Source: a virus | Lineage: Duplodnaviria > Caudoviricetes | IMG/VR virus record: IMGVR_UViG_3300046373_000093 | Coordinates: 1 to 54,793 of that record | Direction: 5' to 3' (one strand) | DNA: 54,793 nucleotides | In this document: positions 46,414-54,793 of the stretch, in pieces | Layout of the letters: each line of letters starts with the position of its first letter | How positions within the stretch are numbered: the first letter of the stretch is position 1 | The notes under the pieces: generated by a model | Told to the model about the DNA's origin: nothing | Seen by the model: only the letters and a program-made list of their open reading frames with translations | Database searches by the model: none | Translations under genes and position numbers: made by a program

Positions 46414-46661
46414 GCGAACCTCTCTTGTAGTTGTTTCACCGAAGCCCGGTTGCCGCCGGGCTTTTCTATTTCTGCTTCTGCTGCTCGGTCATGGATGCAC
46501 CTGGCTAAAAAATCCACCCCAGTACAGAAGGCTGATTGCAATCCACGTCGACAGCACCGCACTCCAGAGCGAGCACTTCCCGGTGCGCGGCTGACCGTCC
46601 TTCGCGGCCACTACTCCCAGCCCGATGAATGACAGGGCTAGATAGATCAGGGCTGGAGTGC

Positions 46662-46898
46662 TCATGCGCCGTCAGCCTTCAGCGACCATTTGCCCTTTTC
46701 GCCCACCGCGCCAATGCGGCGGCAGACGGGCGTGATCGCGGCGCTGATTCCGTAATTGCAGTAGCAGCACCAGGACTCGCCTATCTGCCGACCGATCTCG
46801 GTCGGCCCCATCGGCCCTAGCGCGGCCAGCAGCACCTTGCGCACCTTCTCGTTGCACTCCTCTGCCGACGGCCCTGCCAGCTTCTTCATTTGATTCAT
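46662..46898 (-). CDS. Small HTH-like protein
   Basis: AAGGAG RBS; GPMGPTEIG. Confidence 0.55.
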   Translation of the reverse strand: MNQMKKLAGPSAEECNEKVRKVLLAALGPMGPTEIGRQIGESWCCYCNYGISAAITPVCRRIGAVGEKGKWSLKADGA

Positions 46899-46971
46899 CT
46901 GCTCTCCTTCTATGAGGTGGCGCAGATCCGAAGACCTGGGCCGGGTTATCGTGGTATTGGTGAGGAGCGGT

Positions 46972-47280
46972 CTACGCTTCCCCGACGTCGGAAATGGACG
47001 CGGTGCGGAAGTGCTTGCGCCGGTCACCCATCAGAGCGCGCAGCTCCTTGATCTCCATGCCGGTCTCTTCGTGCATACGGATCAGCAGCGATGCGCCGAC
47101 CGGCAAGCGATGGTGACGAATCTTGCTGATCACCGGCGGCGCGACCCGCAGTGCGCCGGCCAGGGCCGAGTCACTCCTCAAGCCCAGCCGCGCGCGCAGG
47201 TGATCGAGCAGCGGGATTGCATTCATCACTTCGGTTGCATCGGTTTTTTCGGTTGCTGCAGCTGCTGCTGTCATCGCCAT
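46972..47280 (-). CDS. XRE-like HTH protein
   Basis: LLDHL...SDSALAGALRVAPPVISKIRH. Confidence 0.75.
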   Translation of the reverse strand: MAMTAAAAATEKTDATEVMNAIPLLDHLRARLGLRSDSALAGALRVAPPVISKIRHHRLPVGASLLIRMHEETGMEIKELRALMGDRRKHFRTASISDVGEA

Positions 47281-47326
47281 CTCCCTGTGATGTTGGTGGC
47301 GGCATGCCCTGCCGCCTGGGTGCTGC

Positions 47327-47914
47327 CTACTTCGAAGCGGATTCGGATACCCGGGCCAGCGTCTGGCGGGCGACCACCTTGGCCATTGCGTCCCGGGCCG
47401 CGTTGTCGCAGGCCTGGGCTGCCTCGGTCAGCTCCTTGTGCGCGTCCAGTAGGTCGGCATCAGAAGCGCTCGGCCCCAGGTTGACCAGCGCCATTTGCGC
47501 CTCGCCGGCCTCCTTCATCACGCCGCGGAGGTGACGGGAGACATCCAGGTCGGCCTCGACGGCGCAGTCGGCAGCGCGCGCGGAGACGCCAAGTGGGCAG
47601 AGCATCTGGTTGAGGATGTGCAGGCGCGCGTCGATCGGCAGAGCAAAGAGAATGCTCGACACCACCCCGGCCGGGAGCGTGCCGCCGTCGTCCAGCCAGC
47701 GAAACAGCTTCTGCGCCGCCTTCTTGGCCTGGGTGTAGGTGTCACCCACGAAGCTGAAGTCGACACCGGTTGCCGACTCCCCGCCCAGCGCCTGGTGCGC
47801 CTCCATCACCGAAGCGGCAAGGCCCTCGCGGCTGATGTTTCCGGCGCGGCGCCAGGCTTCAATTTCGGCGCGGAGAATGCTTGCGATGCCTTGGACATGA
47901 GGATGCATATTCAT
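47327..47914 (-). CDS. CII-like regulator
   Basis: Position after cro; helical, KEAGEA motif. Confidence 0.6.
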   Translation of the reverse strand: MNMHPHVQGIASILRAEIEAWRRAGNISREGLAASVMEAHQALGGESATGVDFSFVGDTYTQAKKAAQKLFRWLDDGGTLPAGVVSSILFALPIDARLHILNQMLCPLGVSARAADCAVEADLDVSRHLRGVMKEAGEAQMALVNLGPSASDADLLDAHKELTEAAQACDNAARDAMAKVVARQTLARVSESASK

Positions 47915-48128
47915 GACTTTTTCACTTTAGAAAGTTAATCTGGCAACACTGAATTTCGACAACACCGAGGCCTAAAAAATGCCGACCAACACCTTCGCAC
48001 TGATGAACATCGACCTGGCCGCGACGCCACTGCCTCGAGATGTAGCGCAAGGCGCTGCGCAAAATGCTCTGTACGCTGACTTCTTCGCGACCTGCTTAGC
48101 TCATGGCGCCGCTAAACGGCGGGAGCGG

Positions 48129-48341
48129 CTAAGCGCGGCCGATGTCCGAAGTGCTACAGCGCCTGACCAGTTCCGCGTGGACGGCCGCAATACGATTCCC
48201 AAGGTCGAAGGACGGGCGCTTTCCTCGCTTCCCGTTCTTGAAAGCGCTGATCGTGGCCTGGCTACATTCGAGCCGCTCCGCCAGCGCCTCCTGCGTGATC
48301 CCTGTGTCTAGGATCTCGGTGATTTCGGTTTGGATGTCCAT
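48129..48341 (-). CDS. cro: Cro-like repressor
   Basis: GITQEALAERLECSQATIS HTH; divergent from cI. Confidence 0.88.
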   Translation of the reverse strand: MDIQTEITEILDTGITQEALAERLECSQATISAFKNGKRGKRPSFDLGNRIAAVHAELVRRCSTSDIGRA

Positions 48342-48348
48342 GTAAGCC

Positions 48349-48400
48349 AGTATCACATACGTGTTTAAACAGGTCAACCACTTTCTAACACCAACGTGTT
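48349..48400 (-). promoter_or_regulatory. pR promoter with two operators
   Basis: TTGACC-17 bp-GATACT; operators ATCACATACGTGTT (48352-48365) and AACACCAACGTGTT (48387-48400). Confidence 0.85.
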
Positions 48401-48425
48401 TCACCTTTCCTATACCATTCTTCGA

Positions 48426-49016
48426 ATGAAAGAATCGACAAACCTGGTCGACCTGGCCGCTCGGCTAATTTGGTCCCGGGAACAAAAGGGATGGACTCAA
48501 GAGCAATTGGCGAATGCAGCCGATGTGTCGCAGTCGACTATCGGCAACCTTGAGTCGCGCATACGCCGCACTGCGCGCAAGCTAGCTGTGATTGCCAACG
48601 TGTTGGATGTGAACGCTTATTGGCTTGCGACGGGTGAGGGGTCGCCGCGCGATCAGCCGGACGATCCCCTTCTCGCGCAGGTTGCTGAACTTAGCCCGGC
48701 GGGGCGCAGTGTTGTCGCCACAGTCGTGGCGGGCCTGCGAGGCGTATCGGTGGGCGCACTACCAACTGCCAGCACAACTGCAGCCGAGCTCAGTGCGTAC
48801 GAAAAACGCATATTGGAGTTGATTCAGAAGCTGAACGACCGATCCAGAGAGACGGCCGAAGATCAGCTAAAGGAGATCCTGAGGGAGCAGCGGCAACACG
48901 CCTACCGAGAATCGGAATCGCCCGCCGAGCGAGAGCGTCTCGAGCGGACGGTAGCAAGCAAGACCCACCCTCTTGGCGTAATCGAAACACCTCCGAAGCG
49001 GCAGCGAAAGTCCTAG
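48426..49016 (+). CDS. cI: CI-like repressor lacking an S24 peptidase domain
   Basis: WTQEQLANAADVSQSTIGNLES HTH; C-terminus helical, no autoproteolysis motifs. Confidence 0.85.
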   Translation: MKESTNLVDLAARLIWSREQKGWTQEQLANAADVSQSTIGNLESRIRRTARKLAVIANVLDVNAYWLATGEGSPRDQPDDPLLAQVAELSPAGRSVVATVVAGLRGVSVGALPTASTTAAELSAYEKRILELIQKLNDRSRETAEDQLKEILREQRQHAYRESESPAERERLERTVASKTHPLGVIETPPKRQRKS

Positions 49017-49079
49017 CGCGCCAGGTTTAGCTGGTTCAGGTATATCATGGTGCATGTTCAATAACAGCGGAGATTCGCC

Positions 49080-49376
49080 ATGTCCTCGCACGAGCAAGAT
49101 AGCCCGAAAGCCAGTGCCGAAATCATCGACTTCACCGCGTACAAAAACAAACCGTTGATCGACGTCCTTGAGTCCGCGCTCGCCGACGCAAAGGCGGGGC
49201 GGATCGGCGGCGCGATTCTGGTGGTTGAGCGAGAAGGCCACCACCATGGAGTCGTCGTGGTTGGATCGTACGAAGACAATGCGCGGCAGGTCTGCGGCAT
49301 CGCTGGCGAGATATTCGTCGAGTTCCTACCGAAGACCCTGGACCGGCCTCAAATCATCGGGAAGCCACCCGCTTGA
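49080..49376 (+). CDS. Hypothetical protein (immunity region)
   Basis: GGAG RBS. Confidence 0.7.
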   Translation: MSSHEQDSPKASAEIIDFTAYKNKPLIDVLESALADAKAGRIGGAILVVEREGHHHGVVVVGSYEDNARQVCGIAGEIFVEFLPKTLDRPQIIGKPPA

Positions 49377-49542
49377 ACGGCACCACTTTCGAGGGCGGCT
49401 GAGCCTCCGCCACGTCACTCCGCGGGTACTTGCGCGCTGAATTTTCACATTGTCTGGTGTGCAGGACCAGGGCGCGCTCATCCATCATGTTTAATGCTGC
49501 AAGTGCTCTCCGAATGTATTCTTGGCGCTCCATGGTAACCAT
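49354..49542 (-). CDS. Small SOS-regulated protein, candidate antirepressor
   Basis: LexA box 21 bp upstream of start. Confidence 0.65.
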   Translation of the reverse strand: MVTMERQEYIRRALAALNMMDERALVLHTRQCENSARKYPRSDVAEAQPPSKVVPFKRVASR

Positions 49543-49563
49543 TCTTATATTAAGTTTATGGAA

Positions 49564-49579
49564 CTGTATGGATGTACAG
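49564..49579. promoter_or_regulatory. LexA (SOS) box
   Basis: - strand TACTGTACATCCATACAGT, near consensus. Confidence 0.88.
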
Positions 49580-50017
49580 TAGTCATATTCCTACGCACTT
49601 AGGATACATCTGACCTGGCAACGTGGCAATGTAACAGTTGGTTTTGTTTAATAGCCTATTTCTCTCGAAATCACCCATAACACCACATGGGAGCTATCAT
49701 TTTATTGTTGAACTAAAGATTAAATTACTATCTTTTAGAGATCATTTACGCGAACTTAGTTGATTACTTGTGTGTTATATATCATTGTGTCATGAATTTT
49801 CTTTTTTGACATAGCGGCTTTTCACAATCGTTACTTTACGTGATTTTCGGTATTCCTGTGCGTTGTTGTTCAATTTCAATATTGCAATTACGTTTCCACT
49901 GTGCCAAGCTACCAAAAGTGTCCAATATGTAACCACGCTTACAATTTTCTCGCGGGAAAGCCTTCAGAGTGAAGGCAAAAACGACAGTCTACATGTCTTT
50001 TGCTCAACAATGTGGGA

Positions 50018-50251
50018 ATGAAGAAACATGGTGAAACCAAGGATTCCGAAAGCGACATTGTAAAAACATCGCTCAGGCTGCCGCGCGGAGTTCGTGATGA
50101 GCTTATCCAGGCCGGCGAGCCTCACGGCCGAGGAATGAACGACGAGATTTTGCTCCGAATTACCAATAAACCGATACATGAGAGGCTCGATAAAATGGAG
50201 TCGGATATTGCCCTCATGAAATCCATCCTAATCGAGCTGCGTGACAGGTAA
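50018..50251 (+). CDS. Arc-family ribbon-helix-helix protein
   Basis: KTSLRLPRGVRDEL......GRGMNDEILLRI. Confidence 0.85.
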   Translation: MKKHGETKDSESDIVKTSLRLPRGVRDELIQAGEPHGRGMNDEILLRITNKPIHERLDKMESDIALMKSILIELRDR

Positions 50252-50287
50252 GGCGAACGGCACGCCTAGATGCCGCGCAGGAGCGAT

Positions 50288-50854
50288 ATGAGAGCACCTC
50301 CCCTCCTCCTCGTCAGTCTGCTGCTGTGCGCAGCTGGGGCGTCATGCGCGGCCGAGCCGATGATCGTCCTGGGCCTGCCACTGGGCGGAAAACTAAAGCA
50401 GCCGATCCCGCAGTGCCGCGGCAATAAGGCTGACACTCCAACCATCTGCCAGAGCGGCCCGCCGATGCTTACGACGGGTCTGGCGCGCGAAGTAACGCTC
50501 TATGTCCCAGGCGCAGACCAGCGACCGAAGTGGGCCGCCGATGTCGGCTTCAACACCTGGATCGGGAAGGATGGGTCACTGCGATCGTTCGAGGTCCGCA
50601 CATACCGTGACGACGCCTTCGTCGAGATCCTGAACTCGATCACCGGGCGGTTCGGCCAGTCGCAGAAAGAGTCGCGACCTGGCGCCACTATCCAAACGGC
50701 CGAGTGGGGCCGGAGCGACATCTATATCCGCCTGCTGTGCGCACCGCGCACAGGCTGCAATACCACTTTCATATCCCCCGCCCAATACGCGAGCGACCAA
50801 AGGGATTTAGCGGCGCGAAGGGCGAAGGATGCGATGCGCTCGCCGGCGCCGTGA
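50288..50854 (+). CDS. Exported hypothetical protein
   Basis: AGGAG RBS; signal peptide. Confidence 0.75.
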   Translation: MRAPPLLLVSLLLCAAGASCAAEPMIVLGLPLGGKLKQPIPQCRGNKADTPTICQSGPPMLTTGLAREVTLYVPGADQRPKWAADVGFNTWIGKDGSLRSFEVRTYRDDAFVEILNSITGRFGQSQKESRPGATIQTAEWGRSDIYIRLLCAPRTGCNTTFISPAQYASDQRDLAARRAKDAMRSPAP

Positions 50855-51239
50855 TAATTGGAGAGTCTTTTGCCAATTTGGCAGCGCCATGCTGAGACAC
50901 CGCAACGATTCGCTTGGCTTGCGCCGCGAATCTGTTAACCCAGACCTTACGCAGTTGCAAAGTCGACTATTCACGGAATAACAGCGTTGCTACATAGTTG
51001 CAGGAATTTTGCAACTAGTAGTAATGTCATGCTGTATTAATTTTTCAGCAATGTACGATTGAATATGGCGGCATGCCGTGATGACTAGATGTACAAACTA
51101 GTTTACCATTTGCAACAAATGTGTAGCGCGCTGACGACCATTATAAAAGTGAAACAGTTATAATAGCCGGCTGTCTACGTAGCCAAGATCAAACTTGATG
51201 CAGCGTAACGTGTGCGGCACATCTCACAAGCAAAATAAA

Positions 51240-51989
51240 ATGACAACAAACGTCCTTGATTGTGTGAATGGTGTGCTGTCTACTGACTCGCGCTGGTCGT
51301 CCGATAACGGAGACTGGCTCGCATATGTAGATGATACCCAGTACGACAAAATCGCATTTACCGGAAGGGCTGGCTTCCTGTTCGCAGGCGACATGCCCCC
51401 TATCGATGAGTGGAAGCAGTACGTCGCTGGGGGCATGAAGAAAAATGCGCGGCCCGTCCGCCGCGCTTGGGTGCCCGGTTCCAGGATCTCAATTATTCAG
51501 GTTGAGCTCGCTACGGGTCGGATCGTGTTTAAGTCGCATAATTTTCCGACTACATCGTTCGGCGCGTCTGTCCGAGCCCTGTTTGCAGGAACAGGCGCTC
51601 TTCATGCGAAGACTTGCTGGGACGAAAAGAAATGCGCAAAGACCGCGATTAAAAGTGCAGCCGAGGAAGATATGCGCAGTGGCGGGAGCGTCATCTACCT
51701 TGACCGTAAAACGCGAGAAAACAACGCTGCAAATACAGCGACAGCTGAATCTGTTCGAGAACAGTTAAAAGACAGGGGGTTCATCATGAATGTTGCAGAT
51801 AAGAACACAAAAGTATCGCTCAAAGATGCAGCGAATGACGTTTCGAACCCAGCAGCGCAGGCTTTTGCAAAAGCGGTAATGTCGGGCGCGGCGCCGCTCA
51901 ATGCTCCGTTTCCTGGCATGGACGAGCCATGGGCAGAAGAGAAATATGCTGAGCTGGATGTCGCCCTATCCGAATTTGAAGAAGACTGA
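51240..51989 (+). CDS. Ntn-hydrolase (HslV/proteasome beta)-like protein
   Basis: M-TT start, TDSRWS, FAGD, AGTGA, D.RSGG motifs. Confidence 0.65.
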   Translation: MTTNVLDCVNGVLSTDSRWSSDNGDWLAYVDDTQYDKIAFTGRAGFLFAGDMPPIDEWKQYVAGGMKKNARPVRRAWVPGSRISIIQVELATGRIVFKSHNFPTTSFGASVRALFAGTGALHAKTCWDEKKCAKTAIKSAAEEDMRSGGSVIYLDRKTRENNAANTATAESVREQLKDRGFIMNVADKNTKVSLKDAANDVSNPAAQAFAKAVMSGAAPLNAPFPGMDEPWAEEKYAELDVALSEFEED

Positions 51990-52007
51990 TTCTGTCCTGT
52001 TGAGAGG

Positions 52008-52032
52008 AAGCCCGCCCCGAGCGGGCTTTTTT
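52008..52032 (+). terminator. Intrinsic terminator
   Basis: AAGCCCGC/GCGGGCTT plus T run. Confidence 0.75.
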
Positions 52033-52384
52033 ACGCCCAGGGCGCTTGCTTGCGGTACCGGCGCGCCTGGCGCAGCACGAATCCGGCGACAGGGGACACT
52101 CTCGCGGCCGGCGCGTCTTCCTGCCGTTGCGCTGAGGCCGACGCCCTCCTTTCCAGCCCCTCCAAGCCGCGGCGCGCCTTGCTCGCAGTCGACTCCTTGG
52201 CGGTGGCTATCCGGGCCTTCAGGTCCTCGATCATGGCAGCCGTGATTTCCGTGGCGCCGTACTTTGCTGGCCAACCAGGCTGAAGCGGATACGGCACGCC
52301 AAACGCGAGCGCTTCTATGTGTGTCAGCGCCTTTACCTCTCCCCTGCCCTTCAGGTAGCGCGTCAGCGTGATTTTTTCCGACAT
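52031..52384 (-). CDS. Hypothetical protein
   Basis: 117-aa ORF converging on the terminator. Confidence 0.6.
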   Translation of the reverse strand: MSEKITLTRYLKGRGEVKALTHIEALAFGVPYPLQPGWPAKYGATEITAAMIEDLKARIATAKESTASKARRGLEGLERRASASAQRQEDAPAARVSPVAGFVLRQARRYRKQAPWA

Positions 52385-52772
52385 TTTCGGGCCTTTTTTC
52401 TGCGCACCTTGTATAGGTACTGTTGACGTATTGTTCTTAGCTGTTCTGAGAAGGTATTTCTACGCTACTGGTTCTAAAGGTATCCCAGCAGAGCCGAGGT
52501 CCAGAGCGGCACCCTCCCTAAAGGCCAGTCAAAAAGACTCGCTTTCGTGGAGAGCGCCTGCATCCCATGCTTTCGCGTTCGGACACTTTCGCTGTTTCGC
52601 AGACTTTCCAGGTGCTTCCACCTGTTCCCCCGGCGCGCTCTACGAACTACCACCCACGCGTTGCCCTTCCGGCTTCCTTGGCTCCTTGGGTCTGGACGTC
52701 GGCGGTTTCCCCTCCCTGCTCCAGGCTTGCAATCAACCAAATTCGGCTGACGAAAAGAATTTTACCTCATTC

Positions 52773-52813
52773 ATCACATTCGTGTTGATTTCTTCAAACA
52801 CGTATGTGATACT
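52773..52813 (+). promoter_or_regulatory. pL promoter with two operators
   Basis: TTGATT-17 bp-GATACT; operators ATCACATTCGTGTT (52773-52786) and AACACGTATGTGAT (52797-52810). Confidence 0.85.
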
Positions 52814-52852
52814 GGCTTCACTGATGCAGCGAACTCAACCCAGGAGCCAGCG

Positions 52853-53008
52853 ATGACGCAGACCAGCAAGCCCGACCGTGAAGTGGTGCGCACCTGGATG
52901 CAGCAGCGCCAGGCATCTGGATCACCGCCACCGTCGCCAGAGCAGGTCCGGATTGAACTGGGGTGGAAGCTGGTTGAGGCAGAGCGCGAGGCGAAGCGGC
53001 CTCGGTAA
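52853..53008 (+). CDS. 51-aa first gene of the pL operon
   Basis: AGGAG RBS; MTQTSKPDREVVRTWMQQRQ...PPPSPEQVRIELGW. Confidence 0.65.
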   Translation: MTQTSKPDREVVRTWMQQRQASGSPPPSPEQVRIELGWKLVEAEREAKRPR

Positions 53009-53055
53009 CGAAACGAAGCGGCGCACTGAGCGTTGCGAGAACCTGGAGAACAAAG

Positions 53056-53637
53056 ATGGGATGCGACATTCACCTTTACAAAGAAAAACTCGTCGATGGC
53101 AAATGGGTCACAGCTGACGAGTGGAGGTCCTACGACTACGGCGATGACGACAAGGGCATCGAAGTGCCGTACGAGAAGCGCTTTACCGTCCGGAACTATC
53201 AACTCTTCGGCTTGCTTTCCAAGGGCGTGCGTTCCGAGCATCCGTTTTCCTTCGAGCCTCGCGGCCTGCCCTTCAATCCCTGCGCCGAAATCGCGCAGGA
53301 ATCTGAGGGCTGGGGCGTCGACGGGCACGGTCACAGCTATCTGTATCTGCACGAACTGAAGGACATGGCTGTGCGCCTGGAAACTGCGACCATCCGCGTC
53401 AGCGGAATGAAGGACAAAGCCAGCCTCGAAGCGCTTCGCGCATCCATCGCTACCGGCGCCCCGGATTGGGACCTGTTGTTCCCGTATTGCGGGTCTACCA
53501 ATAATTCAAGCTATGTCGATTTTGAGCAGGACGTTCCGGCCTCGTTCTACATCGGCGCTGGACTCAAGGAAATTATCGAAGGCTTCAACGGCGTGGATGG
53601 CGACAACCACCGCATCGTTTTTTTCTTCGACAACTAA
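53056..53637 (+). CDS. Conserved phage hypothetical protein
   Basis: MGCDIH...RNY.LFGLL..VR...RGLP...HSY...RIVFFFDN. Confidence 0.8.
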   Translation: MGCDIHLYKEKLVDGKWVTADEWRSYDYGDDDKGIEVPYEKRFTVRNYQLFGLLSKGVRSEHPFSFEPRGLPFNPCAEIAQESEGWGVDGHGHSYLYLHELKDMAVRLETATIRVSGMKDKASLEALRASIATGAPDWDLLFPYCGSTNNSSYVDFEQDVPASFYIGAGLKEIIEGFNGVDGDNHRIVFFFDN

Positions 53638-53675
53638 ACGCCGCGCCTACCACGGTGGGCGCCCTGGAGCAAACG

Positions 53676-53885
53676 ATGAGTACCACAACCAACAACCCAC
53701 TGGCCCGCCTGCTGATCGAGGCGCAGCAGATCCTGGTGCCGGCCACCCAGCCGCGGGCGAACAAGGCGATCGCCATCGAGCGCCTGGCGGCCCTGCTGTG
53801 CACGCCGGCGGCTCACCTCGATCTGCTGAACGCCGGCGCCTTCGATGGCCTGCAGCGCGGTGCGGCGGCCCCTTCGGAATCTTGA
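53676..53885 (+). CDS. Hypothetical protein
   Basis: GGAG RBS. Confidence 0.55.
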   Translation: MSTTTNNPLARLLIEAQQILVPATQPRANKAIAIERLAALLCTPAAHLDLLNAGAFDGLQRGAAAPSES

Positions 53886-53895
53886 GGAGCGAGCG

Positions 53896-54162
53896 ATGAA
53901 CAAGAAGTATCTGCGCGATGCAGTCGCGATGGCAATTGGGATGGCCAACCATGAGGACGCGAAGGTTGATCGCGTACGCGGAGACCTCGATTACAAGATC
54001 ACAGATCGTCGTATGCGCGCCTTCCTCTCTTATCTCGCCGGCGGCCTCGTATCCGAATGCCCCGAGGCAAACGATCTGATCATGAATTTTCTCGATCAGG
54101 TCAACTGGGACAAAAACCCGCTGCTCGACGCAGCAGACAGCAACAAGGATAAGCCGCAATGA
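53896..54162 (+). CDS. Hypothetical protein
   Basis: GAGGAG RBS. Confidence 0.65.
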   Translation: MNKKYLRDAVAMAIGMANHEDAKVDRVRGDLDYKITDRRMRAFLSYLAGGLVSECPEANDLIMNFLDQVNWDKNPLLDAADSNKDKPQ

Positions 54163-54599
54163 GCACCCAGACCGAATGGCCCGAGCAGTACCTACGCGAG
54201 TGCGTCGCCGACGAGATCACCCTCGCCTTCCTGCACCCGCAGTTCCGCCGCCGGTTCGGCGCGCCGGCCGCACTGTCGCAGTCGGCCCCGATCGTGCCAG
54301 TAGCCCGCCGCGGTACCGCCATGATCAGCGCGGGCATGGCTCGGCTGAACTTCTCGACGTCGCAGTCGGAAAGCCCTCCGTGCTGGCGGCGCAACTGGGA
54401 AGCCGCTGGCGACCTGAGCCTCGAGCTTGGCCTGGCCGTCATCCATGACCCGGAAGAAGGCACCGTGTCAGCCGGCACCGGCAACCGCCGGCGCAACGTC
54501 ACCGAACGCTACGGGGATCACCCGAGCAAGGCTGCGGCTACCTGGGCTGCGATCGTGCGCTCTGCGATCCAAGAGCTCGAAGCGCGGGCGGGGCAGTAA
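54159..54599 (+). CDS. Hypothetical protein
   Basis: ATGA-coupled ORF. Confidence 0.65.
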   Translation: MSTQTEWPEQYLRECVADEITLAFLHPQFRRRFGAPAALSQSAPIVPVARRGTAMISAGMARLNFSTSQSESPPCWRRNWEAAGDLSLELGLAVIHDPEEGTVSAGTGNRRRNVTERYGDHPSKAAATWAAIVRSAIQELEARAGQ

Positions 54600-54601
54600 T
54601 C

Positions 54602-54793
54602 ATGACCGCCAAGCACCTCCTCGAAGGCGTAATGCAAACGATTAAGGCTCGGAGCCACTACCGCCTCTCGATCCTCCTGGGCCTTAATGCCGCCACGATC
54701 TCACGCCTGGGCGCCGGCAAGGTCACCGGGATGCGCATCGAGACGCTCGACCACATTCAGCGCAAGACGGACATTCCAATCGAGACGCTTTTC
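54602..54793 (+). CDS. XRE-like HTH protein, open at window end
   Basis: YRLSILLGLNAATISRL...IETLDHI. Confidence 0.65.
   Translation, partial: MTAKHLLEGVMQTIKARSHYRLSILLGLNAATISRLGAGKVTGMRIETLDHIQRKTDIPIETLF

Larger units (their letters stand above)
1..54793. mobile_element. Temperate lambdoid siphophage (HK97-like head), permuted with attP internal
   Basis: Integrase plus attP, cI/cro switch, Q-like gene, terminase/portal/protease/capsid, tail tube, tape measure and lysis cassette; no host housekeeping genes. Confidence 0.97.

Noticed and set aside
47979-48311. 110-aa + strand ORF
   Set aside because: Overlaps cro antisense for over half its length, with no recognisable motif; a short real product is not excluded.
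52385-52770. Possible gene or ncRNA upstream of pL
   Set aside because: Candidate ORFs lack RBS and motifs, and I could not establish a convincing structure by eye.

Overview
The whole window is one temperate, lambdoid-type siphophage of high GC content. The host is probably a betaproteobacterium, possibly Massilia/Oxalobacteraceae; this is inferred from gene style and E. coli-type LexA boxes. It appears as the excised or virion form: an intact attP (3' half of tRNA-Arg-UCU, arm repeats on both sides, IHF site) lies inside the window after the integrase, and no host genes are visible. Modules in order: end of the pL early arm with xis/int (1-4196, +); attP; a moron block with an SOS-boxed gene and a Rap1a-like immunity/Tae4-like amidase pair; the late operon on the - strand (metallophosphoesterase, spanins, SAR endolysin, holins, tail, HK97-like head, terminases, HNH) with a ~6.4 kb carbohydrate-active insertion between the capsid and connector genes; a structured non-coding late leader; Q-like antiterminator; a Tad1-like anti-defence gene; nin/replication-type early genes; the cro/cI switch with near-identical pR and pL; an accessory-filled immunity region (SOS-boxed small gene, Arc-like protein, Ntn-hydrolase-like protein); and the start of the pL arm. 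Family names come from motif recognition by eye, not from database searches.
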